From a bacterium (GTDB taxonomy: Bacteria; Cyanobacteriota; Vampirovibrionia; Gastranaerophilales; JBAXKC01): DNA of 55,795 bases. The DNA is taken from positions 1-55,795 of the forward strand of contig JBAXKC010000017.1 in assembly GCA_037137535.1 (NCBI GenBank), given 5' to 3'. Below the pieces are notes generated by a model, which saw only the letters and a list, made by a program, of their open reading frames with translations, ran no database searches and was not told where the DNA came from. Position numbers and translations under genes: made by a program. Shown in pieces: positions 11,001-19,773 of the stretch. Numbering within the stretch: the first letter of the stretch is position 1; every line of letters starts with the position of its first letter.

Positions 11001-13662
11001 CATAAGTATTTTTTCCTAAATTTACTTGAGCCGGTTCAACGCTTTTATAAGTTTTATTTTCAAACTTTGATTGATTTTGATAGGGCATTTCATCGCTTGT
11101 TTTAACGTTTTCATCTCTAAATTGAATTGGTGCAACTGCTCCAACAACTTCGCCATTTTTATTTATAGCGTGTATTAAGCCTGATATTCTATTTGTATCT
11201 TGATATAGCCTATAATTATCAAATAATTTAGCATATTGTGAATTTACATAAATTCTTTCACCGTTGCTATTTTCAAATATTCTTATTCCAGTTTTTCCAT
11301 AGCCAATTACTCTATTTTTATCTGTTAATTCTGAAAGATTAGCTTTATCTTGTAATATAGATTTAATGTTTTTATTATCTGTTTTATTTTCTGCTAATCT
11401 TTTTAAAATCTCAGGATTTTTTATATTTAACAATTCAGGTTTAATGACAAACGACTGATTTCCTCCAACAATATAGCCATCACTTAGTAATGGAGTGTCA
11501 TTTTTTGCAAATGTATATGACGGATTTTTAGAATTTTGATATAACTCTGTATTTAAACCTTGTGGATTTATTTTAATTCCTAATCTATCGAACAAAGTTC
11601 TTATAGCTTGCGGATCTTTATGTAGTGTAAATTTTGTATTTGTATTTGGAATATTTAAATTTATAACTTCACCAGAAATAGACCTATGATATTCATCTGT
11701 TTTAATTTTAGGATTTTGCTCTGTATCCATTAGATGTTCAGTTTTTACATCGTGGAATAAATCGCCTTTATATTCATCAAGAACAGTTTTAGCAATATAC
11801 TCTCTTTGCTCTTTTGAAAAACCTTTAACATTATCTCTTGGACCAACATTGAAATTATATTTTGGATTTATTTCATTATTTGTAGATTCTGATTCATTAA
11901 CTGGTTGCTCAATACTTTGCTCTTTTGGATTATCAATTATAGGATTTACATCATCAACTGAATTAGTATCTTTTACTGTATTATTTTCTACAATATTATT
12001 ACCTAATTCATTATTTGAGGATAGTTCTTCTGAATATCCATCAAGTAAACTTTCTGGTGCTTTTATTTTGCCTTGCTCAATAAGTTTTTGTTTATATCTT
12101 GCAAGATTTTGTTGTGTTTCTAATTCAGCACGCTTTAAATTATCTGCAATTTGAGCAGTTTTTGTTTGTTCGAGTATAGCTTGACCTTTTAAAACGTGTG
12201 GATCGACAGGAACACCATAAACATTGTAACCATCTTGAATAGGAGTAGTTTTGAATCTGCCTTGAATATTGGATTTTATTAGGTTTAAAGTGTCTGAATC
12301 AAAAGGTTTTTTGCTGTTATTTATAAAATCTGATTGATTTGCAATACTATCTTCGATTTGATAAATCCGTCTTTTAACTGCTTTTAATTGAGCATTATCA
12401 AGTTTTTGTCCTGAATATTCGCCTTTTTGATAAGCATCTACAAGATTATTATAATTATTTAATTCATTACTTATAGCAGAATGTTGAATATTTTGCTTTG
12501 TAATTTCATTAATTTTACCATTATAAATATTAAGAGATTTCATTTTATCAAAGGCTGTTGGCTCTTTTAATATTTTCTCTAAAGGTATTCTTATCTTTTT
12601 TACTGTTTCTGCAATTGGAACACCTGCTTTATCAACAATACCAAGACCACCTGCCATTAATGCACCTGTTCCTGCATTAGATATTTTATCTTCTAATCCT
12701 CCGGGCATTACAGCACCAAAGCCTGCACCGTGTAACATAGCTTTGCCAACTCCACCAGTTGCCATTGCCTCTTTTACTTCTCCAACAGGCAACATAAATT
12801 GCCCTGCCGTTTGGAATATAGGCAATTTGCTCATTTGTCCATCTGAATATTTTTGTAATTTTAAATATCGATCGTATTGTTTATCTGGGTAAATACCTTT
12901 TTCGTTTAATTTTTTTATTAATGCTTTATAGCCTTCCGTAAAAGTAGGCACGTGAATATTTTCTTCAAACTTTTTACCTTGATAGGCAGATGACAAAGCT
13001 TCTGGAATATCTGCAACGCCCTGTATAACATCATGAATTAAACCATCAACCATTCCTTTACCCATTGCAGGAATGGTTAGAGGTAATAAGGATGGTTCAT
13101 TCCAAATATTTTTTGCTGTTGTTTCTGTATCATTAATAAGATTTTTTCCAAAACCAACTATGCTTTCAGGTGTTTTTAAAATACCTTTTCCAATAGAATT
13201 TAATATATTTCCTATTCCTTGGTTTATATCAATTTTTTTAGATACACTCCCTTGCAATGCCTTATTTCTATGAGCCATAAGAAATGGATCGTCATCGCCA
13301 CCCATAGTATAATTAAGCCCATTAGTGTTCACTTGTTTAGCATTTTGAGGGACGTTATTAACTAATTCAGTATTATTTACAGGTGTTTTATATGATTGAA
13401 TTTGCTGATGTTGAGTTACGGGTAAATTGTATTGAGTTGGTGGAACTATTTTTATATCTTGCATTGATTGATTATTGCTAGATTGTTGATTTAATCCTGA
13501 TAAATCTGGAAGATGAATATCAGGAAATTTATAATTATTTGTTTTTTTAACAGTTTTTACCTGTTTAGGCTCAACATAACCATCTAATAAACTGCTATTA
13601 GTCATATTTTCTTGTGATTGTGTTGTTTTGGATTCTTCGTATCCGTCTAATAAACTATTCAT
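8077..13662 (-). CDS. Large internal virion/ejection polyvalent protein with zincin HExxH motif
   Basis: 1861 aa, third gene of the ejection cluster; Gly-rich hydrophobic helices; TLAHEIGHAID...EQIAE. Confidence 0.65.
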   Translation of the reverse strand: MNSLLDGYEESKTTQSQENMTNSSLLDGYVEPKQVKTVKKTNNYKFPDIHLPDLSGLNQQSSNNQSMQDIKIVPPTQYNLPVTQHQQIQSYKTPVNNTELVNNVPQNAKQVNTNGLNYTMGGDDDPFLMAHRNKALQGSVSKKIDINQGIGNILNSIGKGILKTPESIVGFGKNLINDTETTAKNIWNEPSLLPLTIPAMGKGMVDGLIHDVIQGVADIPEALSSAYQGKKFEENIHVPTFTEGYKALIKKLNEKGIYPDKQYDRYLKLQKYSDGQMSKLPIFQTAGQFMLPVGEVKEAMATGGVGKAMLHGAGFGAVMPGGLEDKISNAGTGALMAGGLGIVDKAGVPIAETVKKIRIPLEKILKEPTAFDKMKSLNIYNGKINEITKQNIQHSAISNELNNYNNLVDAYQKGEYSGQKLDNAQLKAVKRRIYQIEDSIANQSDFINNSKKPFDSDTLNLIKSNIQGRFKTTPIQDGYNVYGVPVDPHVLKGQAILEQTKTAQIADNLKRAELETQQNLARYKQKLIEQGKIKAPESLLDGYSEELSSNNELGNNIVENNTVKDTNSVDDVNPIIDNPKEQSIEQPVNESESTNNEINPKYNFNVGPRDNVKGFSKEQREYIAKTVLDEYKGDLFHDVKTEHLMDTEQNPKIKTDEYHRSISGEVINLNIPNTNTKFTLHKDPQAIRTLFDRLGIKINPQGLNTELYQNSKNPSYTFAKNDTPLLSDGYIVGGNQSFVIKPELLNIKNPEILKRLAENKTDNKNIKSILQDKANLSELTDKNRVIGYGKTGIRIFENSNGERIYVNSQYAKLFDNYRLYQDTNRISGLIHAINKNGEVVGAVAPIQFRDENVKTSDEMPYQNQSKFENKTYKSVEPAQVNLGKNTYDKTGESSFNMPRTKLETITDKKREFSQQKKAENIKNLETAKEYTPRIKEAVRKWHSDIETQRYDVNKTITEFINHSRDIAKETGLNDKNIREIMPFLRERTELPNDIGRPDLVKTWDKLTNEQKNELRDYADNISEEFQKYWDEYQQVNGKDTEDANKQDIENYVTHIWDLDKKQIPAVTNYFSTRSRFAKERTIETLFDGIQGLKLDNGEVLKLKPKTLDYAELLKIQSDSLIKATVDKKLAEYVKGLKTGDGIPLVLPAHKAPSDWVSINHPAINKTIIRPIDTAVGEVMTPELQNILAEMGVAVGRRLNSNGKTLGVYKTRKATIGGKTYLGKEISLKKWFSNKTLAHEIGHAIDKALELGSDFAIKHKQELADLNEERIKILSSQGKSRYANSHSEQIAELFGFLFNDPKMTSTIAPKATADVLARMSKSETFKKLLPENFDWSKAKNVLEEKTVEMFKSPVKVHPDIAEALQTVFETPESSNKITRIYDNLNAVQKQFNLGFSGFHGMNLSESALASLGVKDVSKILNPAKIFNSVKNNDWEIYKKDELARNAIKDGVQLGATLDIHRKLVEDLLDNTANKIDKMPIIGKYASLPAKILSKGQELNNKVLWDYLHNQFKLTTYENLIDEYSRKGSLSSSVRKEIGQWVNDNYGGQVWENLGIKPSSRRLSQRLMLSPDWFVSTTRHFLGMLSTETGQKFINAKAKESAFWEKARDVGRQWGIGSITDDVTSAGIRGRIARRFWTRALLNYALYANALNAINRQHDKEENPDLYPKKMNAKDYSIFGNSSGNETYVFLGRNSDGTERYWRLGKQFREVPELVEKPFEKLGGKASPVMQLASQAMTGRTLSGFENPNLKDKKGIEKVGAMTGEVAKSFLPFSFNGVVDPKKDINPYEFFAPTNKGMNFYKGKELYIEAIKHKDKNEVIEITKQIVRNKMDPNKIFNQALKDIRKEAYKKAMQKVELQKQGK

Positions 13663-13664
13663 AG

Positions 13665-14921
13665 CTATTTATTCATAAACTCCAATAAGTCGCCACCATC
13701 GCTTTTTAATTTTTTTTCTGGGTCAATGCCATAAAATTTCATAAATTGATTTCTAGCATAATTAATCTTGTTTTTATCGCCAGATGATTTTATTGAATTA
13801 TATTCAGATAAATGATTTCTATAATCTGGGTTGCTTTCTAACTTTGTACTTCCACCATTAGCGGATTTTGTAGCATAAGCACCTGCTCTTGTTGAATTTG
13901 AGTCGGCATTTTGTTGCTGTATGCCTGTTCTTTTTTGCTGTTCATTAGACATAACATTTTTATATCCTGTATCAGCGTTTGTATTGTCAGTCTTAGCACC
14001 TTGAATATATTCAGTTTCAGCATCGTTTTTATTAATCTGCGATTCTGTTAAATTAGTTTTATTTGATTTTTGTAAATCTCCTAAGGTTAAACCAACTGAC
14101 TCAGCAAGTGCTTTTGTATCTTCTGGAGTTCTCATTCCACTTTTAAGGTCATCCATTAACTGCTTTGCTTGTTGCCTTTTGTCTTTCATAGTTGCAATCT
14201 TATAAGTAGATTCAATTTGTGCTTTTTTATTGTTTAATGTATCGAATTTAGAATAATCTTCAATATACTGTTTTGCTCTATCATCGGTTAAATAGCCTGA
14301 CATTTTTGATGTATCAATACCATACTGCTGTAAAGAGGCTCTATTTGAGCTATCTTGTTGTTTATATTGCATATTTTTAATACCTGCCTGTGAGCCATAA
14401 GTTATAGCATCTAAAGGATTACCACCTGTAGCAAGAACTAAACCGCCTGTAATTAAGCCTCTTGTTATTGGATGTCCCATAACTTCTTTAAATGCATCCA
14501 TATAAGGATGTTTTGGCTCTTGTTGCACAATTGGTTTAATAGTGGCGGTGTTATTTACTGGAGTTGACGAATCAACACCGCCTGCAAAAGTTGTTGTTTC
14601 AGCAGGCTTAATTGAAGTATTTAAGTTTTTCAATAATGTACTTCCAGAATTTAAACCTTTTTTAAATCCCTCCGCTAAAGCCTGTGAACCTAATTGTTGT
14701 TGCAAATTAGCTAATTGAGGATTTGAATAATCCCACCCATCCATTAATTGGTCTACTACAGCTTGACGTTTAGGATTTATTATTTGTGTAGGCTGTTGTT
14801 CTGGTGTTACTGGTGGCAATGTTGTTGTTCCTTGAATTTGTGCAGTTGGAACTGGTGGAGTTGTTGGATTTTGAGAATTATTCTCCATATGTTTTTTAAA
14901 TAAATCTAGTAAATCAAGCAC
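13665..14921 (-). CDS. Putative DNA ejection protein
   Basis: Position in the cluster, Q/N/T-rich composition, GLITGGLVLATGG hydrophobic segment. Confidence 0.55.
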   Translation of the reverse strand: MLDLLDLFKKHMENNSQNPTTPPVPTAQIQGTTTLPPVTPEQQPTQIINPKRQAVVDQLMDGWDYSNPQLANLQQQLGSQALAEGFKKGLNSGSTLLKNLNTSIKPAETTTFAGGVDSSTPVNNTATIKPIVQQEPKHPYMDAFKEVMGHPITRGLITGGLVLATGGNPLDAITYGSQAGIKNMQYKQQDSSNRASLQQYGIDTSKMSGYLTDDRAKQYIEDYSKFDTLNNKKAQIESTYKIATMKDKRQQAKQLMDDLKSGMRTPEDTKALAESVGLTLGDLQKSNKTNLTESQINKNDAETEYIQGAKTDNTNADTGYKNVMSNEQQKRTGIQQQNADSNSTRAGAYATKSANGGSTKLESNPDYRNHLSEYNSIKSSGDKNKINYARNQFMKFYGIDPEKKLKSDGGDLLEFMNK

Positions 14922-14924
14922 AAG

Positions 14925-15764
14925 TTATACTCCTATCATTGAATAATTAACGTGTTTTATTCCGTTAATTTCTATAACTGCATCTGGATTTATCTTTTCA
15001 ACTTCTTGTGCCATTACACCGGTTTGTCTGCCCTTAGGTAATCCAAAACCATTTTTATAATCAAATTGATATAGATTAAATCCGTTCTTTTCTCCAATTT
15101 TTACTATATTTTCTTTAGCTCTTATGTCGGATGCTTTTATAGCTGCTCCCCCTACCTCAGCTGCTGTATCTCCAATAGCTTTCCATTGAGCCGCTTTTAC
15201 AGCTTGTTCTGCTGAATAACCTGACATCGCTGTAGAGTAATTACTCTGATTAAATCCATTAACCTGTTGAGCATCACCTTTTGCATTAGAAATTGCCTGA
15301 TTTCCTAAATTAGCACCCATTAAGTATTGATTTAATAAAGTGTTAATTAATGACGATGTATCAGCAGTATTATTTGAAATTAATTGGTCATTGAAATTAG
15401 CAACTTGTTTGTTTTGGTCTTGTGAGAATGATTTTGATAAATCAGTTAATGCGGAAGATCTCAATAAATTTCTTTTAGACAATGGGTCTATAAGATTATT
15501 TTCAAAAGTTTTATTGCTATCCTCATTGAATTGTCGATAAAATGCATCTGAGCGAGCCTTTGTTACTGGATTATCTAAATTAGGATTAAGCAACTGATTG
15601 TATAAAGACGGTATATTCTGCTCAACAAATTGATTTTGTTGTGCTAAAAATGGATTTAGTTTATAACTTGAACCACTTTTACTTGCTGTTCCTGTTGCAT
15701 AAGGATTTTCTGACGTAGTAGAAGCATATTCAGGTGTTTTAGGTTTACCACCGCCACCGCCCAT
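14925..15764 (-). CDS. Putative pilot/ejection protein with C-terminal intramolecular chaperone (peptidase S74-like) domain
   Basis: N-terminus MGGGGGKPK; C-terminus SDIRAKENI...GVMAQEVEKINPDAV...VNY. Confidence 0.7.
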   Translation of the reverse strand: MGGGGGKPKTPEYASTTSENPYATGTASKSGSSYKLNPFLAQQNQFVEQNIPSLYNQLLNPNLDNPVTKARSDAFYRQFNEDSNKTFENNLIDPLSKRNLLRSSALTDLSKSFSQDQNKQVANFNDQLISNNTADTSSLINTLLNQYLMGANLGNQAISNAKGDAQQVNGFNQSNYSTAMSGYSAEQAVKAAQWKAIGDTAAEVGGAAIKASDIRAKENIVKIGEKNGFNLYQFDYKNGFGLPKGRQTGVMAQEVEKINPDAVIEINGIKHVNYSMIGV

Positions 15765-15766
15765 AT

Positions 15767-16294
15767 TTACCGCCTTTCCATTGTATTAAAATTGTACTTT
15801 TTCTCTGCGTATTCTCTTGCTCTTTTAGCATCTTCAAAACTTGAAAAACGTCCTAAATCAATATCCATGTTATTATGCTTGATTCTTGCACGCCATCTAT
15901 TAGCATCTTTTATATAAGATATTCCAGTAATTCCACTTTTATTATTTTTCTGCAATCTTCTATTTTGCATATTTTTTTGATGAGAACATATTCTTAAATT
16001 ACTTTTGCGATTATCAAGCGTATTATGGTTAATGTGGTCAATAACTTTGCCATTAGGACAATTCATAATAAATCTATGTAATAGAGTTGTAGCGATATCA
16101 TTACAGATACCAGTATGGACATAATAATTGTTTATGCCTTTATCAAAGCGCACAGCCCATTTGAATTTATTAACTTTTTGAATATCTTCTATATCGATTA
16201 AGCAATCTAAATCACCGTACTTTTTGCTTTGTATTTTAATTACTGCATATTCTTCTAAAATAACAAAATCGTTGTATCCTTTAATTCTAGGCAT
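15767..16294 (-). CDS. HNH-AP2 homing endonuclease
   Basis: LHRFIM...VIDHINHNTLDNRKSNLR followed by AP2-like SGITGI...WRARI...LGRF...A..AR..AE. Confidence 0.92.
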   Translation of the reverse strand: MPRIKGYNDFVILEEYAVIKIQSKKYGDLDCLIDIEDIQKVNKFKWAVRFDKGINNYYVHTGICNDIATTLLHRFIMNCPNGKVIDHINHNTLDNRKSNLRICSHQKNMQNRRLQKNNKSGITGISYIKDANRWRARIKHNNMDIDLGRFSSFEDAKRAREYAEKKYNFNTMERR

Positions 16295-16673
16295 TATGAA
16301 CCTTTTCTTTTATATACAAATTATTATTTACTTTTTTAAAACCTGCTTTTAATATGCAATATATAGCTGTTTTATGCTCTGTTTCTGCGTATATATCGCA
16401 GTTATAAAACTGATTAATAATGATGTTTAAGGCTTTAATATTTTCTAAATGTGTTTTTCTGCCTGCAAATGCAGTAATAAAGAGTTTATTTTCTTCCTTA
16501 AAAAGATAAATGCACCCTATAAGTTTTGTTTTTTCATATACAGAAAAGAAGTGAGAATTTTTAATAATAAAATCAAAGCTATATTTAGCTTTAAGATTAT
16601 TTTTATTATCATCAAATAGCCTTTTGACTGTTTTATAGTCAAAAAGCTCGCTGTCTGGTGTTATAAATATCAT
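16287..16673 (-). CDS. GNAT-fold phage morphogenesis protein
   Basis: Position between nozzle and ejection genes; C-terminal AIYCILKAGFKKV motif. Confidence 0.55.
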   Translation of the reverse strand: MIFITPDSELFDYKTVKRLFDDNKNNLKAKYSFDFIIKNSHFFSVYEKTKLIGCIYLFKEENKLFITAFAGRKTHLENIKALNIIINQFYNCDIYAETEHKTAIYCILKAGFKKVNNNLYIKEKVHNA

Positions 16674-18214
16674 TAGACTTGAACTACTTTAATTTTACTG
16701 AACTCTATATTTTTAATTGCAAAGTTTTCGCTGTTTTGTGTTGTATAAAAAGTCATTTCTAATGTTTTGAATGCTGAAATATTAGGCAGTTTTTGTATTG
16801 AATTTATTTTACTTTTACCAACCCAATAATTTTTACCCCAATAGCCTGCACCCCATATAAGATAATTTTTAAATTTCGCAACTATTTGCTTTATCTTAGG
16901 TGTTTTAAATACATCATAGTTTTTAATATATTTAACCCAAAATATATTTATATAAGGTAAATCAACAGCTATTCTAGGAGGGAATACTAAGGCTTTTAAG
17001 GTTGTATTAGATCCAAGATTTAAAGCAGTAGTTTTATAAAATTTTTCAATAAATAAATTATCGTAAGAATCACTTGTATATTCTTGATAAACTTTTCCGT
17101 CATTAGAGCCAGAATAAAGTTTATTATTGACAACTCTAAAACAATTTATCTTTTGACATACTCTTTTAAGCCATTCGCCTTTTAAATAATCATAAATAAG
17201 TATTGTAGAATTAGAATTATTATCAGGAAGATAAAACCATATTTCATTTCTATCATTTAATACAATTGAAAGAGTTTTTATTTCATTTAATCGGCTTGTA
17301 TCAACCTGTTGAAGCTCTGATTTTATTTCTATCGCTATATTTTCGCCTAATGTTTTATTGCCTAAAACTATTTGTTTAAAAGAGAAAATACCTTTTTTAG
17401 TATCATCATAAAAATAAAGATCCGTACCGTGAAAAATAAATGCATCATATCCTGCACATCCTCCGGGCGATTCGTCCGAAACTGTAAAAGGATAATTATC
17501 ACTTATCTGAACGCTACTATCATTAAAGAAAACAGCTATACTTGTTAAATATAAAGCAATAGCTGTTGGATATTTTACAAACTCTATAAACCCTGCTGAG
17601 GTTGAAACCATAGCATTAGAAGTTGACCAATCATTAATATTAGCAGTTACGCAGTAATGAACTCTATTGCCTATAAAAGTAAACATACGACCTGCAAATA
17701 CTACTAATCCAAGTCCTCTAATTTCTCTGCCTTGGCTATCAATAGCATTAATTATGCCAGTTTCAGGGCTTCCGCCAATTTCTATATATCTGAATTTATC
17801 AGACCCATTTGCAAATATAAATAAATCTCTTGTACCTTGAAGAAAATCTTTGCCGCAACTTACAGAAGTAACCGCAAGACCTGTTAATTTAGGTGTCATT
17901 AAACTATTATTTATATCAAATAAATAGACTTTTCCCTCTGTTGCACTTACAGTATGAACAAAAAAGTATTTATTTCCTTTTTGAATACTTTCAAAAATAT
18001 TAATGACTTTTTCACCACTAGGTATAAGATTTGATGAAATATTAATATTTCCTTTCATTGTTCTTATTCCGACACCTCCATTTATTCCAGTATCGTATAA
18101 TTCAATGTTTTGGCAGTCGCTTGCTGTTATTATTGCAGAAGAAAAGATAGAATTAACTTGTCTTATTCCTCCAAATTTATTACAAATTAATTGAGATGTT
18201 ATAGGCATTACCAA
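16673..18214 (-). CDS. Tail nozzle/tubular protein B (P22 gp10/T7 gp12-like)
   Basis: FGGI N-terminus, beta-rich, ILIYDYLKGEW; follows the adaptor. Confidence 0.65.
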   Translation of the reverse strand: MVMPITSQLICNKFGGIRQVNSIFSSAIITASDCQNIELYDTGINGGVGIRTMKGNINISSNLIPSGEKVINIFESIQKGNKYFFVHTVSATEGKVYLFDINNSLMTPKLTGLAVTSVSCGKDFLQGTRDLFIFANGSDKFRYIEIGGSPETGIINAIDSQGREIRGLGLVVFAGRMFTFIGNRVHYCVTANINDWSTSNAMVSTSAGFIEFVKYPTAIALYLTSIAVFFNDSSVQISDNYPFTVSDESPGGCAGYDAFIFHGTDLYFYDDTKKGIFSFKQIVLGNKTLGENIAIEIKSELQQVDTSRLNEIKTLSIVLNDRNEIWFYLPDNNSNSTILIYDYLKGEWLKRVCQKINCFRVVNNKLYSGSNDGKVYQEYTSDSYDNLFIEKFYKTTALNLGSNTTLKALVFPPRIAVDLPYINIFWVKYIKNYDVFKTPKIKQIVAKFKNYLIWGAGYWGKNYWVGKSKINSIQKLPNISAFKTLEMTFYTTQNSENFAIKNIEFSKIKVVQV

Positions 18215-18867
18215 AGTATCCTTGGTGTTGATTCCACACCGCTTATGCTATCTAACATTGTTTTATAAGATTCAATAAATTGTGTTATATAAGGTGTATA
18301 ATTTTCATTTGTGCTATCAGCAATAGAATTAATCATAGCTTTATTCATTAATGCCGTTAAAAATATATCCTCAAACATTTCAGGTATATCTAATCTATCC
18401 GTCAATGATTTAAGATTAAATATTGGAATATCATTCTCATCAATTCCCATTCTAAAAGAATTATAATCAATTGATATTTGATAAATATCATCAGGAATAG
18501 GGTAAAAATTTAATTTATTATACTTGATGTAAAAATATTCAGGTGTTCCAGTATCAAAATTCAAACCTTGATTATCAGGTTTATTTTTAATTTCTATTGG
18601 ATCGCCTATATTTTGTATTAGCCATATTCCTTTATCAATAATTTTACCGATAGGCTGGTCATAGGATGTTTGCCCCGAAATAGTATTTAAAGTCATATTT
18701 TTTAACTTGAATGAATAAGGATAAGAATCCCAGATTACACGCAAAGCCTTTTGAATTGACGTTAAAACTTTTTGCTCAACTCCATCTTCTGTTGAAATAT
18801 CAGTATCATCAATAGACCAAGCCTGACCGGTAACTTTATTATAAATATCTAATAAGGTTAATGCCAT
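18208..18867 (-). CDS. Head-tail adaptor/tubular protein A
   Basis: TLLDIYNKV start, GTPEYF...LNFYPIPD..Y motif, gene position. Confidence 0.65.
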   Translation of the reverse strand: MALTLLDIYNKVTGQAWSIDDTDISTEDGVEQKVLTSIQKALRVIWDSYPYSFKLKNMTLNTISGQTSYDQPIGKIIDKGIWLIQNIGDPIEIKNKPDNQGLNFDTGTPEYFYIKYNKLNFYPIPDDIYQISIDYNSFRMGIDENDIPIFNLKSLTDRLDIPEMFEDIFLTALMNKAMINSIADSTNENYTPYITQFIESYKTMLDSISGVESTPRILW

Positions 18868-19244
18868 TAATCATTATTTCCGGATAATTGTTCTTTATCG
18901 TTATCCACTAATAATTTTTCAAGATCGGCTCTATTTTTTGCTGATGAAAAATCAATATTTCTAATTTTTAATTCATCCTCTAAAGAAGCTTTATTTTTCC
19001 ATATAGAAGTATCTTTATAAGGATTATTTATGTCTTGCTCATCGTGTGAATTATCTTCACCCAGAATAGATGTTTCAATACTTGATGCAGATTCTTCTGT
19101 AATAGGTAATTTATAATCTTCATCAATTACGACAAAATTATGAGAATCTTCAATAATTAATCTATCACATTCACTTTTTGGTAATTCAAATATATTGCCA
19201 GTTGGAACATATTTAATTTTATAATTTTTTTCAATTGTTTCCAT
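18867..19244 (-). CDS. Hypothetical phage protein with C-terminal HeH/LEM-like module
   Basis: KASLEDELKIRNIDFSSAKNRADLEKLL. Confidence 0.5.
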   Translation of the reverse strand: METIEKNYKIKYVPTGNIFELPKSECDRLIIEDSHNFVVIDEDYKLPITEESASSIETSILGEDNSHDEQDINNPYKDTSIWKNKASLEDELKIRNIDFSSAKNRADLEKLLVDNDKEQLSGNND

Positions 19245-19260
19245 TTTTGAAATCCTTATT

Positions 19261-19289
19261 AAAAATAGAGGGCTTTTGTTAGCCCTCTA
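19261..19289 (-). terminator. Terminator after the capsid genes
   Basis: Minus strand TAGAGGGCT-6nt-AGCCCTCTA followed by TTTTT. Confidence 0.75.
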
Positions 19290-19310
19290 AACGCTAAACA
19301 ACATAAATAA

Positions 19311-19694
19311 TTAAGAGCCTAAGCCTGCTTTTTCTGCAATTGCATAAATATTGCCGGTAAACCCTGTGCTAAAATCAAGATATAAAGAACCGTCTTTTCT
19401 TTCATATCTTGCAATATCTCTCATTCTTAACGTAATAACAGAACTTGCGTTGATTGGAACTGCAGAATCACCAAGACAAGCATTTTGTTTTTCACCGGCT
19501 TTTACGGTTATTGTTTGAGCTCCTGCATTGGTATTTTCAATGATAATTGCTAATGAATTGTCTTTACAATCAAAAGCACCTGTTAAAACAATTCCGTTAG
19601 CAACAGTTACTGCTTGTTTTGTTATTTGTACACTTCCTACGCTATCGCTTGTGTCGTAGGTTAAATATTGTAATCCTATGCTATCTCTAGCCAT
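19311..19694 (-). CDS. Putative capsid decoration/cement protein
   Basis: Small beta-rich protein right after the major capsid gene, before the terminator. Confidence 0.5.
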   Translation of the reverse strand: MARDSIGLQYLTYDTSDSVGSVQITKQAVTVANGIVLTGAFDCKDNSLAIIIENTNAGAQTITVKAGEKQNACLGDSAVPINASSVITLRMRDIARYERKDGSLYLDFSTGFTGNIYAIAEKAGLGS

Positions 19695-19773
19695 TTTATC
19701 CCTCTTTTTCTTTAATTAATCTAATAACATAAGTGAATTTAATTAAATATGAATACAGAGGAGCTTAAAAAAA

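Noticed and set aside
15767-16294. Group I intron hosting the HNH gene
   Set aside because: Flanking genes are complete and abut the ORF, leaving no room for intron core structure
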